From NCBI RefSeq assembly GCF_056746865.1, contig NZ_CM163382.1: a stretch of 64,000 bases of DNA. One strand, given 5' to 3'. The notes under the pieces were generated by a model. The model did no database searches. It was not told the origin of the DNA and was given only the letters and a program-made list of their open reading frames with translations. Position numbers and translations under genes: made by a program. How positions within the stretch are numbered: the first letter of the stretch is position 1; the number at the start of each line of letters is the position of its first letter. Of this stretch, positions 1 through 10,660 are shown piece by piece.

Positions 1-33
1 GCTCCACGCGGCAAAGGCGAGTAACGGTATCAT
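1..33 (-). CDS. mobB: mobB, molybdopterin-guanine dinucleotide biosynthesis adapter protein (5' end only, partial at window edge)
   Basis: Minus-strand ATG at 31-33 gives [11 protein letters not shown]..., matching the MobB N-terminus; overlaps the mobA stop (ATGA overlap). Confidence 0.6.
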   Translation of the reverse strand, partial: MIPLLAFAAWS

Positions 34-614
34 CGTTTTTCCTGCCATCGGGCAAGCTCCTCTGGCGTATTCACGTTAATAAATGCATCTTTATTATCGC
101 TGAAATCAACCGCATGACCGCCAGCCAGACGCATAAATGCCATTACCCGGCGTTCTCCTGCTTGCAGATATTCCAGTAATAAAGGCTCAATTGCGCGGTT
201 TACCAGAGCAATAGTCGGGTGATCGCGTTCACCGTCGTGGACCCACACGACAGGTGCCTCTTTGCGCTGATGATTAAGCCGGGCTGCTAAATCAGGGGGA
301 ATGTAAGGCGTATCGCACGGACAAAACAAAAACCACTCCCCCGTTTCCTGCTGCATTACTGAAAGCATTCCTGCCAGAGGGCCTGGGTAATCCGCAAGTG
401 AATCTTCAATCACTTTCAGACCGCTTGCCTGATAGATTTCCTGATGACGATTGGCATTAACCACGACGTGCGAGAGCTGCGTCATAAGCGCGTCAGCGAC
501 ATGTTGCCACAGCGGTTTGCCGTTTAATTCAAGCAATCCTTTATCTACGCCGCCCATTCGTCTGGCTTTACCGCCCGCCAGCACAACGCCTGTTATCGTC
601 GTCATCAGATTCAC
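30..614 (-). CDS. mobA: Molybdenum cofactor guanylyltransferase MobA
   Basis: 194 aa ORF, N-terminal [14 protein letters not shown] nucleotidyltransferase motif; recognised as MobA. Confidence 0.9.
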
Positions 615-683
615 CGATATCGCCTCTTTTATTGTGGGATTGACCCTGCTAACGTGTCTGTCTCAAGAGTAAGGAGCATTACT

Positions 684-953
684 ATGAAATGTAAACGTCT
701 GAATGAAGTTATTGAACTCCTCCAGCCAGCCTGGCAAAAAGAGCCAGACCTTAACCTGCTGCAATTTTTGCAGAAACTGGCGAAAGAGTCAGGTTTTGAC
801 GGCGAACTGGCGGATTTGACGGATGACATTCTGATCTATCATCTGAAAATGCGTGATTCCGCGAAAGATGCGGTGATCCCGGGTTTGCAGAAAGATTATG
901 AAGAAGATTTCAAAACGGCGCTGTTACGCGCTCGCGGCGTAATTAAAGAGTAA
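684..953 (+). CDS. yihD: DUF1040 protein YihD
   Basis: 89 aa from ATG at 684 preceded by AAGGAG RBS; track ORF starts 30 nt upstream. Confidence 0.85.
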
Positions 954-1029
954 AAGCTTGTAAGCGGCGCCACCAAAATCATCGTGAAATGATATCCTTC
1001 ATCATTCGTAATGTTTTCCGGATGATGGG

Positions 1030-2016
1030 ATGAACAACAGCGCTTTTACTTTCCAGACACTACACCCGGATACCATCATGGATGCTCTATTTGAGCAAGG
1101 GATCCGGGTGGATTCCGGTCTTACCCCGCTTAACAGCTATGAAAACCGTGTCTATCAATTTCAGGACGAAGATCGTCGACGTTTTGTCGTCAAATTTTAT
1201 CGCCCTGAACGTTGGACAGCCGATCAAATCCTCGAAGAACATCAATTTGCGTTGCAGCTGGTTAACGATGAAGTTCCGGTCGCAGCGCCTGTGGCCTTTA
1301 ACGGTCAGACTTTATTGAATCATCAGGGATTTTATTTCGCTGTTTTTCCAAGCGTCGGTGGTCGCCAGTTCGAAGCTGATAATATCGATCAGATGGAAGC
1401 GGTTGGGCGTTATTTAGGGCGTATGCATCAGACGGGGCGCAAACAGCTTTTTATCCATCGCCCGACCATCGGTCTGAATGAATATCTCATTGAGCCTCGC
1501 AAGCTGTTTGAGGACGCTACACTGATACCTTCCGGGTTGAAAGCGGCATTCCTGAAAGCGACAGATGAGCTGATCGCCGCCGTTACAGCACACTGGCGGG
1601 AAGATTTCACCGTTCTGCGGCTACATGGAGACTGCCACGCCGGTAATATCCTCTGGCGCGATGGTCCAATGTTTGTTGATCTGGATGATGCACGTAATGG
1701 TCCAGCCGTTCAGGATTTGTGGATGTTGCTCAATGGCGATAAAGCCGAGCAGCGGATGCAACTGGAAACTATTATTGAAGCTTATGAAGAATTTAGCGAG
1801 TTCGACACCGCTGAAATCGGACTGATTGAACCTTTACGCGCCATGCGTTTGGTTTATTATCTTGCCTGGCTGATGCGGCGTTGGGCTGATCCCGCGTTCC
1901 CGAAAAATTTCCCGTGGTTAACCGGGGAAGATTACTGGCTGCGACAGACGGCGACTTTTATAGAACAGGCAAAAGTTCTACAAGAACCCCCTTTGCAATT
2001 AACACCTATGTATTAA
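1030..2016 (+). CDS. srkA: Stress response Ser/Thr kinase SrkA (RdoA/YihE)
   Basis: 328 aa ORF, kinase-like fold residues (HGDCHAGN, DLDD); conserved position upstream of dsbA. Confidence 0.9.
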   Translation: MNNSAFTFQTLHPDTIMDALFEQGIRVDSGLTPLNSYENRVYQFQDEDRRRFVVKFYRPERWTADQILEEHQFALQLVNDEVPVAAPVAFNGQTLLNHQGFYFAVFPSVGGRQFEADNIDQMEAVGRYLGRMHQTGRKQLFIHRPTIGLNEYLIEPRKLFEDATLIPSGLKAAFLKATDELIAAVTAHWREDFTVLRLHGDCHAGNILWRDGPMFVDLDDARNGPAVQDLWMLLNGDKAEQRMQLETIIEAYEEFSEFDTAEIGLIEPLRAMRLVYYLAWLMRRWADPAFPKNFPWLTGEDYWLRQTATFIEQAKVLQEPPLQLTPMY

Positions 2017-2032
2017 TCGGAGAGAGTAGATC

Positions 2033-2659
2033 ATGAAAAAGATTTGGCTGGCGCTGGCTGGTTTAGTTTTAGCGTTTAGCGCATCGGCGGCGCAGTATGA
2101 AGATGGTAAACAGTACACTACCCTGGAAAAACCAGTTGCTGGCGCGCCGCAAGTGCTGGAGTTTTTCTCTTTCTTCTGCCCGCACTGCTATCAGTTTGAA
2201 GAAGTTCTGCATATTTCTGATAACGTGAAGAAAAAACTGCCGGAAGGCGTGAAGATGACTAAATACCACGTCAACTTCATGGGTGGTGACCTGGGCAAAG
2301 ATCTGACTCAGGCATGGGCAGTGGCGATGGCACTGGGCGTGGAAGACAAAGTCACTGTTCCGCTGTTTGAAGGCGTACAGAAAACCCAGACCATTCGTTC
2401 AGCATCTGATATCCGCGATGTATTTATCAACGCAGGTATTAAAGGTGAAGAGTACGACGCGGCGTGGAACAGCTTCGTGGTGAAATCCCTGGTCGCTCAG
2501 CAGGAAAAAGCTGCAGCTGACGTGCAATTGCGTGGCGTTCCGGCGATGTTTGTTAACGGTAAATATCAGCTGAATCCGCAGGGTATGGATACCAGCAATA
2601 TGGATGTTTTTGTTCAGCAGTATGCTGATACGGTGAAATATCTGTCCGAGAAAAAATAA
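2033..2659 (+). CDS. dsbA: Periplasmic thiol:disulfide interchange protein DsbA
   Basis: 208 aa, signal peptide, CPHC active-site motif. Confidence 0.95.
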
Positions 2660-2678
2660 TTCAATGTAAATTACATAA

Positions 2679-2707
2679 AGCCCGTGAATATTCACGGGCT
2701 TTTTTTA
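2679..2707 (+). terminator. Rho-independent terminator after dsbA
   Basis: Hairpin AGCCCGTGAATATTCACGGGCT followed by T-run. Confidence 0.6.
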
Positions 2708-2813
2708 TTATTTAATAAATATAAATACATTCTGATAATGCATCCTGCCGCTGGACATTATTTCAGCATAAGTGGATATTCAAAGTTTTGCTGTTTTATC
2801 AGGGAATATTTAT

Positions 2814-4244
2814 ATGATACGTAAGTCAGCTACAGGTGTTATTGTTGCGTTAGCCGTAATCTGGGGTGGTGGCACATGGTACACAGGTACGCAAATTCAG
2901 CCTGGTGTCGAAAAGTTTATTAAAGATTTTAACGATGCTAAAAAGAAAGGTGAACATGCCTGCGATATGACGTTAAGTTATAAAAACTTTGACAAAGGCT
3001 TTTTTAATTCTCATTTTCAAATGCAAATAACATTTGATAACGGTGCACCCGATCTCAATATCAAGCCAGGCCAGAAAGTTGCATTTGATGTGGATGTTGA
3101 GCACGGTCCGTTGCCCATCACAATGTTAATGCGTGGTAATGTCATCCCCGCACTGGCAGCGGCAAAAGTGAACTTAGTGAATAATGAACTGACACAACCG
3201 CTATTTATCGCCGCGAAAAATAAATCGCCCGTGGAAGCGACATTGCGATTCGCGTTTGGTGGCTCATTCTCTACGACATTAGATGTTGCCCCTGCAGAGT
3301 ATGGAAAGTTTTCTTTTGGTGAGGGCCAGTTTACTTTTAATGGTGATGGTAGTTCATTGTCTAACCTGGATATTGAAGGCAAAGTCGAAGATATTGTTCT
3401 GCAATTATCACCAATGAACAAAGTAACGGCAAAAAGTTTTACCATTGATTCTCTGGCGCGATTAGAAGAAAAGAAATTTCCGGTTGGTGAAAGCGAGTCG
3501 AAATTTAATCAGATTAACATTATCAATCACGGGGAAGACGTTGCCCAAATCGATGCTTTCGTTGCAAAAACCAGGCTGGATCGCGTTAAAGACAAAGATT
3601 ATATCAATGTCAATCTGACCTACGAACTTGATAAGTTAACAAAAGGGAATCAGCAACTCGGTAGTGGTGAGTGGTCATTGATTGCTGAATCTATTGATCC
3701 CTCAGCAGTGCGCCAATTTATCATCCAGTATAACATTGCGATGCAGAAGCAGCTTGCTGCACACCCTGAGTTAGCAAACGATGAAGTTGCTCTGCAAGAA
3801 GTGAATGCTGCATTGTTCAAAGAGTATTTACCGTTATTACAAAAAAGTGAGCCGACCATTAAACAACCGGTAAGATGGAAGAATGCACTCGGCGAACTAA
3901 ATGCCAATCTGGATATCAGTATTGCCGACCCAGCCAAATCCTCATCATCCACAAACAAAGATATTAAATCGCTCAATTTTGATGTGAAGTTACCGCTTAA
4001 TGTCGTCACAGAAACCGCAAAACAGCTTAATTTATCTGAAGGAATGGATGCTGAAAAAGCGCAAAAGCGGGCTGATAAACAAATCAGCGGGATGATGACA
4101 TTAGGTCAGATGTTTCAGTTAATCACGATTGACAACAATACCGCCTCGCTGCAACTGCGTTATACACCGGGTAAAGTTGTTTTTAACGGACAGGAAATGA
4201 GCGAAGAAGAATTTATGTCTCGTGCCGGACGTTTTGTTCATTAA
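2814..4244 (+). CDS. yihF: DUF945 family protein YihF
   Basis: 476 aa from ATG at 2814 (MIRKSATGV...); track ORF begins at an upstream GTG. Confidence 0.85.
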   Translation: MIRKSATGVIVALAVIWGGGTWYTGTQIQPGVEKFIKDFNDAKKKGEHACDMTLSYKNFDKGFFNSHFQMQITFDNGAPDLNIKPGQKVAFDVDVEHGPLPITMLMRGNVIPALAAAKVNLVNNELTQPLFIAAKNKSPVEATLRFAFGGSFSTTLDVAPAEYGKFSFGEGQFTFNGDGSSLSNLDIEGKVEDIVLQLSPMNKVTAKSFTIDSLARLEEKKFPVGESESKFNQINIINHGEDVAQIDAFVAKTRLDRVKDKDYINVNLTYELDKLTKGNQQLGSGEWSLIAESIDPSAVRQFIIQYNIAMQKQLAAHPELANDEVALQEVNAALFKEYLPLLQKSEPTIKQPVRWKNALGELNANLDISIADPAKSSSSTNKDIKSLNFDVKLPLNVVTETAKQLNLSEGMDAEKAQKRADKQISGMMTLGQMFQLITIDNNTASLQLRYTPGKVVFNGQEMSEEEFMSRAGRFVH

Positions 4245-4248
4245 AATA

Positions 4249-4282
4249 CTCACTCGCCTCTGCTCATTCAGAGGCGAGTAAA
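4249..4282. terminator. Bidirectional hairpin terminator between convergent yihF and yihG
   Basis: Inverted repeat TACTCACTCGCCTCTG / CAGAGGCGAGTA between the two stop codons. Confidence 0.5.
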
Positions 4283-4284
4283 AC

Positions 4285-5217
4285 TTACTTATTCTGACGC
4301 TGTGATGACATCAACGACGTCAGAAGTCGGTCTTTTTCCTGCCACAGTGAGTTCAGCCATTGCTGAAAATGGCGCTTAAAGCTTTTGTCATTGATGTAGT
4401 CGCCATGTAACTCATCGGCAATAGGCTGTAAATCCACATGTACGACAATTCGCGTCAGTTTACCGCTTAACATATCGAAGAACGGCTGACGGTTATTGTC
4501 CGGATAACATAGCGTAACATTAAGCAGTTTATCGAATTGTTTACCCAGTACATTTAGCGCCATCGCAATGCCTGCCGCCTTTGGTGGCAACAAGTTTTGA
4601 AAAGTGGAGTGCGTTTGCTGATGTTTTTCTTGCGTGAAACGGGAGCCTTCAACGAAATTAACAATGGTGGTGGGATGCAGGCGAAACTTTTCACAAGAAC
4701 GCCGAGTAGTTTCAACATCTTTACCACGTCTCTCCGGATGACGTAATAAATAAGCGCGGGAATAACGCTTCATAAACGGCATATCCAGCGCCCAGCATGC
4801 CAGGCCAAGAAAAGGCACCCAGGCCAGCTGCTGCTTGAGGAAATATTTATTCATCGGAATGTGCTTACGAAACAGCACGCACAGTACGACAATATCTGCC
4901 CAACTACGGTGGTTACAAATAAGCAGATACCAGTTTTTCTTACTTAACCCTTCCAGCCCGTGAACTTCCCATTGCAGGTGTGGGTTCAAATGCAGTAATA
5001 CCGCCAGACCTTCACACCAGCAATACATCATAAAATCACAAAAACGCGAAACCTTTCGCCAAATGACTGGCACAGGAAGCAATAGTTTTACAATCCCGGC
5101 AATGATGATCGGGACGGAGCAAAAAATAGTGACCAAAATGGTCAATACGATACTCAGCAAAAGGGTTATCGCAGCGAGTATTCTCGTCATAATGAATTTA
5201 TTCAAAAAGTTAGCCAT
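4285..5217 (-). CDS. yihG: PlsC-family acyltransferase YihG
   Basis: 310 aa from the internal Met (MANFLNKF...), HRSWADI acyltransferase motif. Confidence 0.85.
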   Translation of the reverse strand: MANFLNKFIMTRILAAITLLLSIVLTILVTIFCSVPIIIAGIVKLLLPVPVIWRKVSRFCDFMMYCWCEGLAVLLHLNPHLQWEVHGLEGLSKKNWYLLICNHRSWADIVVLCVLFRKHIPMNKYFLKQQLAWVPFLGLACWALDMPFMKRYSRAYLLRHPERRGKDVETTRRSCEKFRLHPTTIVNFVEGSRFTQEKHQQTHSTFQNLLPPKAAGIAMALNVLGKQFDKLLNVTLCYPDNNRQPFFDMLSGKLTRIVVHVDLQPIADELHGDYINDKSFKRHFQQWLNSLWQEKDRLLTSLMSSQRQNK

Positions 5218-5448
5218 AGACAGTGCGCTAAAGAAGCGCAAGGCGCAGATTTTAGCAGAAAACGACCCAAATAACGGATGATCCTTAAGGAGAAAAATAA
5301 TTCATATCTATCCACATTAGAAAAAATCCCATCATCTCAATTATTAGGGATGGTCTTATTTTTAACTTCATGAAAAACAAAGACAAACATCATGCTGTAA
5401 AAAGCATGATAATAAATTAAAAGCGATGTAAATAATTTATGCACAAAG

Positions 5449-5457
5449 TTATCCACA
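5449..5457 (+). promoter_or_regulatory. DnaA box (TTATCCACA) in the polA promoter region; a second 8/9 match lies at 5308-5316
   Basis: Exact consensus nonamer upstream of polA. Confidence 0.45.
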
Positions 5458-5580
5458 TGACGATTTGCGAGCGATCCAGAAGATCTACAAAAGATTTTCA
5501 CGAAAAGCGGTGAAAAACTCATGTTTTCATCCTGTCTGTGGCATCCTTTACCCATAATCTGATAAACAGGCACGGACATT

Positions 5581-8367
5581 ATGGTTCAGATCCCCCAAAA
5601 TCCACTTATCCTTGTAGATGGTTCATCTTATCTTTATCGCGCATATCACGCGTTTCCCCCGCTGACTAACAGCGCAGGCGAGCCGACCGGTGCGATGTAT
5701 GGTGTCCTCAACATGCTGCGCAGTCTGATCATGCAATATAAACCGACGCATGCAGCGGTGGTCTTTGACGCCAAGGGAAAAACCTTTCGTGATGAACTGT
5801 TTGAACATTACAAATCACATCGCCCGCCAATGCCGGACGATCTGCGTGCACAAATCGAACCCTTGCACGCGATGGTTAAAGCGATGGGACTGCCGCTGCT
5901 GGCGGTTTCTGGCGTAGAAGCGGACGACGTTATCGGTACTCTGGCGCGGGAAGCCGAAAAAGCCGGGCGTCCGGTGCTGATCAGCACTGGCGATAAAGAT
6001 ATGGCGCAGCTGGTGACGCCAAATATTACGCTTATCAATACCATGACGAATACCATCCTCGGCCCGGAAGAGGTGGTGAATAAGTACGGCGTGCCGCCAG
6101 AACTGATCATCGACTTCCTGGCGCTGATGGGTGACTCCTCTGATAACATCCCTGGCGTACCGGGCGTCGGTGAAAAAACCGCGCAGGCATTGCTGCAAGG
6201 TCTTGGCGGACTGGATACGCTGTATGCCGAGCCAGAAAAAATTGCTGGGTTGAGCTTCCGTGGCGCGAAAACAATGGCAGCGAAGCTCGAGCAAAACAAA
6301 GAAGTTGCTTATCTCTCATACCAGCTGGCGACGATTAAAACCGACGTTGAACTGGAGCTGACCTGTGAACAACTGGAAGTGCAGCAACCGGCGGCGGAAG
6401 AGTTGTTGGGGCTGTTCAAAAAGTATGAGTTCAAACGCTGGACTGCTGATGTCGAAGCGGGCAAATGGTTACAGGCTAAAGGGGCGAAACCCGCAGCCAG
6501 GCCGCAGGAAACCAGTGTTGCAGACGAAGCGCCAGAAGTGACGGCAACGGTGATTTCTTATGACAACTACGTCACCATCCTTGATGAAGAAACACTGAAA
6601 GCGTGGATTGCGAAGCTGGAAAAAGCGCCAGTATTTGCATTTGATACCGAAACCGACAGCCTCGATAACATCTCTGCCAACCTGGTCGGGCTTTCTTTTG
6701 CTATCGAGCCAGGCGTAGCGGCATATATTCCGGTTGCTCATGATTATCTTGATGCGCCCGATCAAATCTCTCGCGAGCGTGCACTCGAGTTGCTAAAACC
6801 GTTGCTGGAAAATGAAAAGGCGCTGAAGGTCGGGCAAAACCTGAAATACGACCGCGGTATTCTGGCGAATTACGGAATTGAGCTGCGTGGGATTGCGTTT
6901 GATACCATGCTGGAGTCCTACATTCTCAATAGCGTTGCCGGGCGTCACGATATGGACAGCCTCGCGGAACGTTGGTTGAAGCACAAAACCATCACTTTTG
7001 AAGAGATTGCGGGTAAAGGCAAAAATCAACTGACCTTTAACCAGATTGCCCTCGAAGAGGCCGGACGTTACGCCGCCGAAGATGCGGATGTCACCTTGCA
7101 GTTGCATCTGAAAATGTGGCCGGATCTGCAAAAACACAAAGGGCCGTTGAACGTCTTCGAGAATATCGAAATGCCGCTGGTGCCGGTGCTTTCACGCATT
7201 GAACGTAACGGTGTGAAGATCGATCCGAAAGTGCTGCACAATCATTCTGAAGAGCTCACTCTTCGTCTGGCTGAGCTGGAAAAGAAAGCGCATGAAATTG
7301 CAGGTGAGGAGTTTAACCTTTCCTCCACCAAGCAGTTGCAAACCATTCTGTTTGAAAAACAGGGAATTAAACCGCTGAAGAAAACGCCGGGTGGCGCGCC
7401 GTCAACGTCGGAAGAGGTACTGGAAGAACTGGCGCTGGACTATCCGTTGCCAAAAGTGATTCTGGAGTATCGTGGTCTGGCGAAGCTGAAATCGACCTAC
7501 ACCGACAAGCTGCCGCTGATGATCAACCCGAAAACCGGGCGTGTACATACCTCTTATCACCAGGCAGTAACTGCAACGGGACGTTTATCGTCAACCGATC
7601 CTAACCTGCAAAACATTCCGGTGCGTAACGAAGAAGGTCGTCGTATCCGCCAGGCGTTTATTGGGCCAGAGGATTATGTGATTGTCTCGGCGGACTACTC
7701 GCAGATTGAACTGCGCATTATGGCGCATCTCTCGCGTGACAAAGGCTTGCTGACCGCATTCGCGGAAGGAAAAGATATCCACCGGGCTACGGCGGCAGAA
7801 GTGTTTGGTTTGCCACTGGAAACCGTCACCAGCGAGCAACGCCGTAGCGCGAAAGCGATCAACTTTGGTCTGATTTATGGCATGAGTGCTTTCGGTCTGG
7901 CGCGGCAATTGAACATTCCACGTAAAGAAGCGCAGAAGTACATGGACCTTTACTTCGAACGCTACCCTGGCGTGCTGGAGTATATGGAACGCACCCGTGC
8001 TCAGGCGAAAGAGCAGGGCTACGTTGAAACACTGGACGGACGCCGTCTGTATCTGCCGGATATCAAATCCAGCAATGGTGCTCGTCGTGCAGCGGCTGAA
8101 CGTGCAGCCATTAACGCGCCAATGCAGGGAACCGCCGCCGACATTATCAAACGGGCGATGATTGCCGTTGATGCGTGGCTACAGGCTGAGCAACCGCGTG
8201 TGCGTATGATCATGCAGGTACACGATGAACTGGTATTTGAAGTTCATAAAGATGATGTCGATGCCGTCGCGAAGCAGATTCATCAACTGATGGAAAACTG
8301 TACCCGTCTGGATGTGCCGTTGCTGGTGGAAGTGGGGAGTGGCGAAAACTGGGATCAGGCGCACTAA
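5581..8367 (+). CDS. polA: DNA polymerase I
   Basis: 928 aa ORF; 5'-3' exonuclease, 3'-5' exonuclease and polymerase domains recognisable. Confidence 0.97.
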   Translation: MVQIPQNPLILVDGSSYLYRAYHAFPPLTNSAGEPTGAMYGVLNMLRSLIMQYKPTHAAVVFDAKGKTFRDELFEHYKSHRPPMPDDLRAQIEPLHAMVKAMGLPLLAVSGVEADDVIGTLAREAEKAGRPVLISTGDKDMAQLVTPNITLINTMTNTILGPEEVVNKYGVPPELIIDFLALMGDSSDNIPGVPGVGEKTAQALLQGLGGLDTLYAEPEKIAGLSFRGAKTMAAKLEQNKEVAYLSYQLATIKTDVELELTCEQLEVQQPAAEELLGLFKKYEFKRWTADVEAGKWLQAKGAKPAARPQETSVADEAPEVTATVISYDNYVTILDEETLKAWIAKLEKAPVFAFDTETDSLDNISANLVGLSFAIEPGVAAYIPVAHDYLDAPDQISRERALELLKPLLENEKALKVGQNLKYDRGILANYGIELRGIAFDTMLESYILNSVAGRHDMDSLAERWLKHKTITFEEIAGKGKNQLTFNQIALEEAGRYAAEDADVTLQLHLKMWPDLQKHKGPLNVFENIEMPLVPVLSRIERNGVKIDPKVLHNHSEELTLRLAELEKKAHEIAGEEFNLSSTKQLQTILFEKQGIKPLKKTPGGAPSTSEEVLEELALDYPLPKVILEYRGLAKLKSTYTDKLPLMINPKTGRVHTSYHQAVTATGRLSSTDPNLQNIPVRNEEGRRIRQAFIGPEDYVIVSADYSQIELRIMAHLSRDKGLLTAFAEGKDIHRATAAEVFGLPLETVTSEQRRSAKAINFGLIYGMSAFGLARQLNIPRKEAQKYMDLYFERYPGVLEYMERTRAQAKEQGYVETLDGRRLYLPDIKSSNGARRAAAERAAINAPMQGTAADIIKRAMIAVDAWLQAEQPRVRMIMQVHDELVFEVHKDDVDAVAKQIHQLMENCTRLDVPLLVEVGSGENWDQAH

Positions 8368-8514
8368 GATTCGCCTGAACATGCCCTTTTTTCGTAAGTA
8401 AGCAACATAAGCTGTCACGTTTTGTGATGGCTATTAGAAATTCCTATGCAACAACTGAAAAAAAATTACAAAAAGTGCTTTCTGAACTGAACAAAAAAGA
8501 GTAAAGTTAGTCGC

Positions 8515-8623
8515 GTAGGGTACAGAGGTAAGATGTTCTATCTTTCAGACCTTTTACTTCACGTAATCGGATTTGGCTGAATATTTTAGCCGCCCCAGTC
8601 AGTAATGACTGGGGCGTTTTTTA
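8515..8623 (+). ncRNA. spf: Spot 42 small RNA
   Basis: Sequence GTAGGGTACAGAGGTAAGATGTTCTATC...GCCGCCCCAGTCAGTAATGACTGGGGCGTTTTTTA matches Spot 42, ends in an intrinsic terminator; immediately downstream of polA. Confidence 0.85.
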
Positions 8624-8648
8624 TTGGGCGAAAGAAAAGCTCTGTAAT

Positions 8649-8729
8649 GCCTGATGCGCCCTGTTTATCAGGCCAACGGTAGAAGTGTAATCTATTGAAT
8701 TTACGGGCCGGATACGCCACATCCGGCAC
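8649..8729. repeat. REP/BIME-type palindromic elements
   Basis: GCCTGATGCG...ATCAGGCC and GCCGGATACGCCACATCCGGC palindromic units. Confidence 0.6.
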
Positions 8730-8748
8730 AAGCATTAAGGCAAGAAAA

Positions 8749-9381
8749 TTATTCGCCGTCCTGCGTTTCTTCTACAGGCTGCATCTCGCTAAACCAGGTA
8801 TCCAGTTTCTGCCGCAGCTTGTCCACGCCTTGTTTCTTCAGTGAAGAGAACGTTTCAACCTGCACATCACCGTTAAACGCCAGCACCGCTTCACGCACCA
8901 TATTCAATTGCGCTTTACGTGCGCCGCTTGCCAGTTTGTCCGCTTTGGTCAGCAGCACCAGCACGGCGATATTGCTGTCTACCGCCCACTCAATCATCTG
9001 CTGATCCAAATCTTTCAGCGGATGGCGAATATCCATTAGCACCACCAGACCTTGCAGGCTCTGACGTTTTTCGAGGTATTCGCCGAGCGCGCGCTGCCAT
9101 TTGCGCTTCATCTCTTCCGGGACTTCCGCGTAGCCATAGCCGGGCAAGTCAACCAGACGCTTGCCGTCAGCCACTTCAAACAGGTTGATAAGCTGGGTGC
9201 GCCCTGGGGTTTTTGAGGTCCGCGCCAGGCTTTTCTGGTTAGTCAGCGTGTTCAGCGCGCTGGATTTACCTGCGTTGGAACGGCCTGCAAAAGCCACTTC
9301 AATTCCGGTATCGGAAGGTAAGTGGCGAATATCAGGCGCACTCATCACAAAATGCGTCTGTTGATAATTCAAATTAGTCAA
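8749..9381 (-). CDS. engB: Ribosome biogenesis GTPase EngB (YihA)
   Basis: 210 aa, G1 motif [10 protein letters not shown]3 DLPGYG. Confidence 0.9.
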
Positions 9382-9651
9382 AGCGGTCGTCTCCGTCAGT
9401 CAAAGCTTTGCGGCGATTATACCTGAACCATAATAAAAGGCGGATTTTTCGGCGTGAGCGTTGTAAGTAAAAGCCATACGCTTTGTGAGACATTGCCGAT
9501 AGTCTTTATGCGAAATAGCAGAGAAAATTCTGCGATGCATGTCAAATAAGCTATATAAATCAGTTAATTGCTTTTATATAAAACTCTGAAAATGTGCAAA
9601 TACTGATGGCGGTTGATTGTTTGTTTAAAGCAAAGGCGTAAAGTAGCACCC

Positions 9652-9897
9652 ATAGAGCGAGGACGCTAACAGGAACAATGACTCAGGATGAGGGTCAGGA
9701 GCGCCAGGAGGCGAAGACAGAGGATTGTCAGGAAGACAAACGTCCGGAGACGTAATTAAACGGAAATGGAATCAACACGGATTGTTCCGGCTAATGGAAA
9801 AACAGGGTGTGTTGGCGGCCTGCAAGGATTGTAAGACCCGTTAAGGGTTATGAGTCAGGAAAAAAGGCGACAGAGTAATCTGTCGCCTTTTTTCTTT
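9652..9897 (+). ncRNA. csrC: CsrC, CsrA-sequestering small RNA
   Basis: About 245 nt with many GGA motifs in AGGA/CAGGA contexts, ending in hairpin AAGGCGACAGAGTAATCTGTCGCCTTTTTT; between engB and yihI. Ends are approximate. Confidence 0.75.
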
Positions 9898-9962
9898 GCT
9901 TGCTTTCTGTTAGATTCCGCCGCAAATCTATACTGAATAAAACGGCTAAAAGACGAACCATT

Positions 9963-10472
9963 ATGAAACCATCATCTTCAAACTCACGCAGCAAAGGTCA
10001 TGCAAAAGCGCGTCGAAAAACACGCGAGGAGCTGGATCAGGAAGCTCGTGACCGTAAGCGTCAGAAAAAACGTCGTGGTCATGCGCCGGGCAGCCGCGCA
10101 GCGGGCGGTAACACCACGTCAGGCAGCAAAGGCCAGAACGCACCGAAAGATCCACGTATTGGCAGTAAAACCCCTATTCCATTGGGCGTGACTGAAAAAG
10201 TCACCAAACAGCACAAACCGAAGAGTGAGAAACCTATGCTTTCACCGCAGGCGGAGTTGGAATTACTGGAAACGGATGAGCGTCTGGATGCGCTGCTGGA
10301 ACGTCTGGAAGCAGGCGAAACCCTGAGTGCCGAAGAGCAATCCTGGGTGGATGCCAAACTGGATCGTATTGATGAGTTGATGCAGAAACTCGGCCTCTCT
10401 TATGACGATGACGAAGAAGAGGAAGAAGACGAGAAGCAAGAAGACATGATGCGTCTGCTGCGGGGCAACTAA
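9963..10472 (+). CDS. yihI: Der GTPase-activating protein YihI
   Basis: 169 aa from ATG at 9963 ([12 protein letters not shown]...), basic N-terminus and acidic C-terminus; the track ORF start at 9900 would overlap the csrC terminator. Confidence 0.85.
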   Translation: MKPSSSNSRSKGHAKARRKTREELDQEARDRKRQKKRRGHAPGSRAAGGNTTSGSKGQNAPKDPRIGSKTPIPLGVTEKVTKQHKPKSEKPMLSPQAELELLETDERLDALLERLEAGETLSAEEQSWVDAKLDRIDELMQKLGLSYDDDEEEEEDEKQEDMMRLLRGN

Positions 10473-10660
10473 CGGATTGCCGCCGTGGGCCTTCCCGTTC
10501 TGCTGATAACCCTTCCGGTTATATGTTATCTGGTGTGGTTATTCGTTAAACTACAGCGGTTGTCGCGGCGACAAAAGTGGCTGCGCAACCGGCTGATGAC
10601 CCGAAACGGGCATCCGCCGGTACGCCGTAGCCGCCAGAGACGCCATCGGAAGGAGTGAGC

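Noticed and set aside
5808-6319. Minus-strand ORFs of 70-163 aa inside polA
   Set aside because: Embedded in the polA coding region on the opposite strand; no independent support
8420-8445. CRP binding site upstream of spf
   Set aside because: A TGTGA half-site is present (TTGTGATGGCTATTAGAA) but the second half-site is poor; too weak to call from sequence alone
9900-9962. Upstream extension of yihI to the track start at 9900
   Set aside because: The extension would begin inside the csrC terminator U-tract and adds a non-conserved leader; the ATG at 9963 gives the expected 169-aa protein
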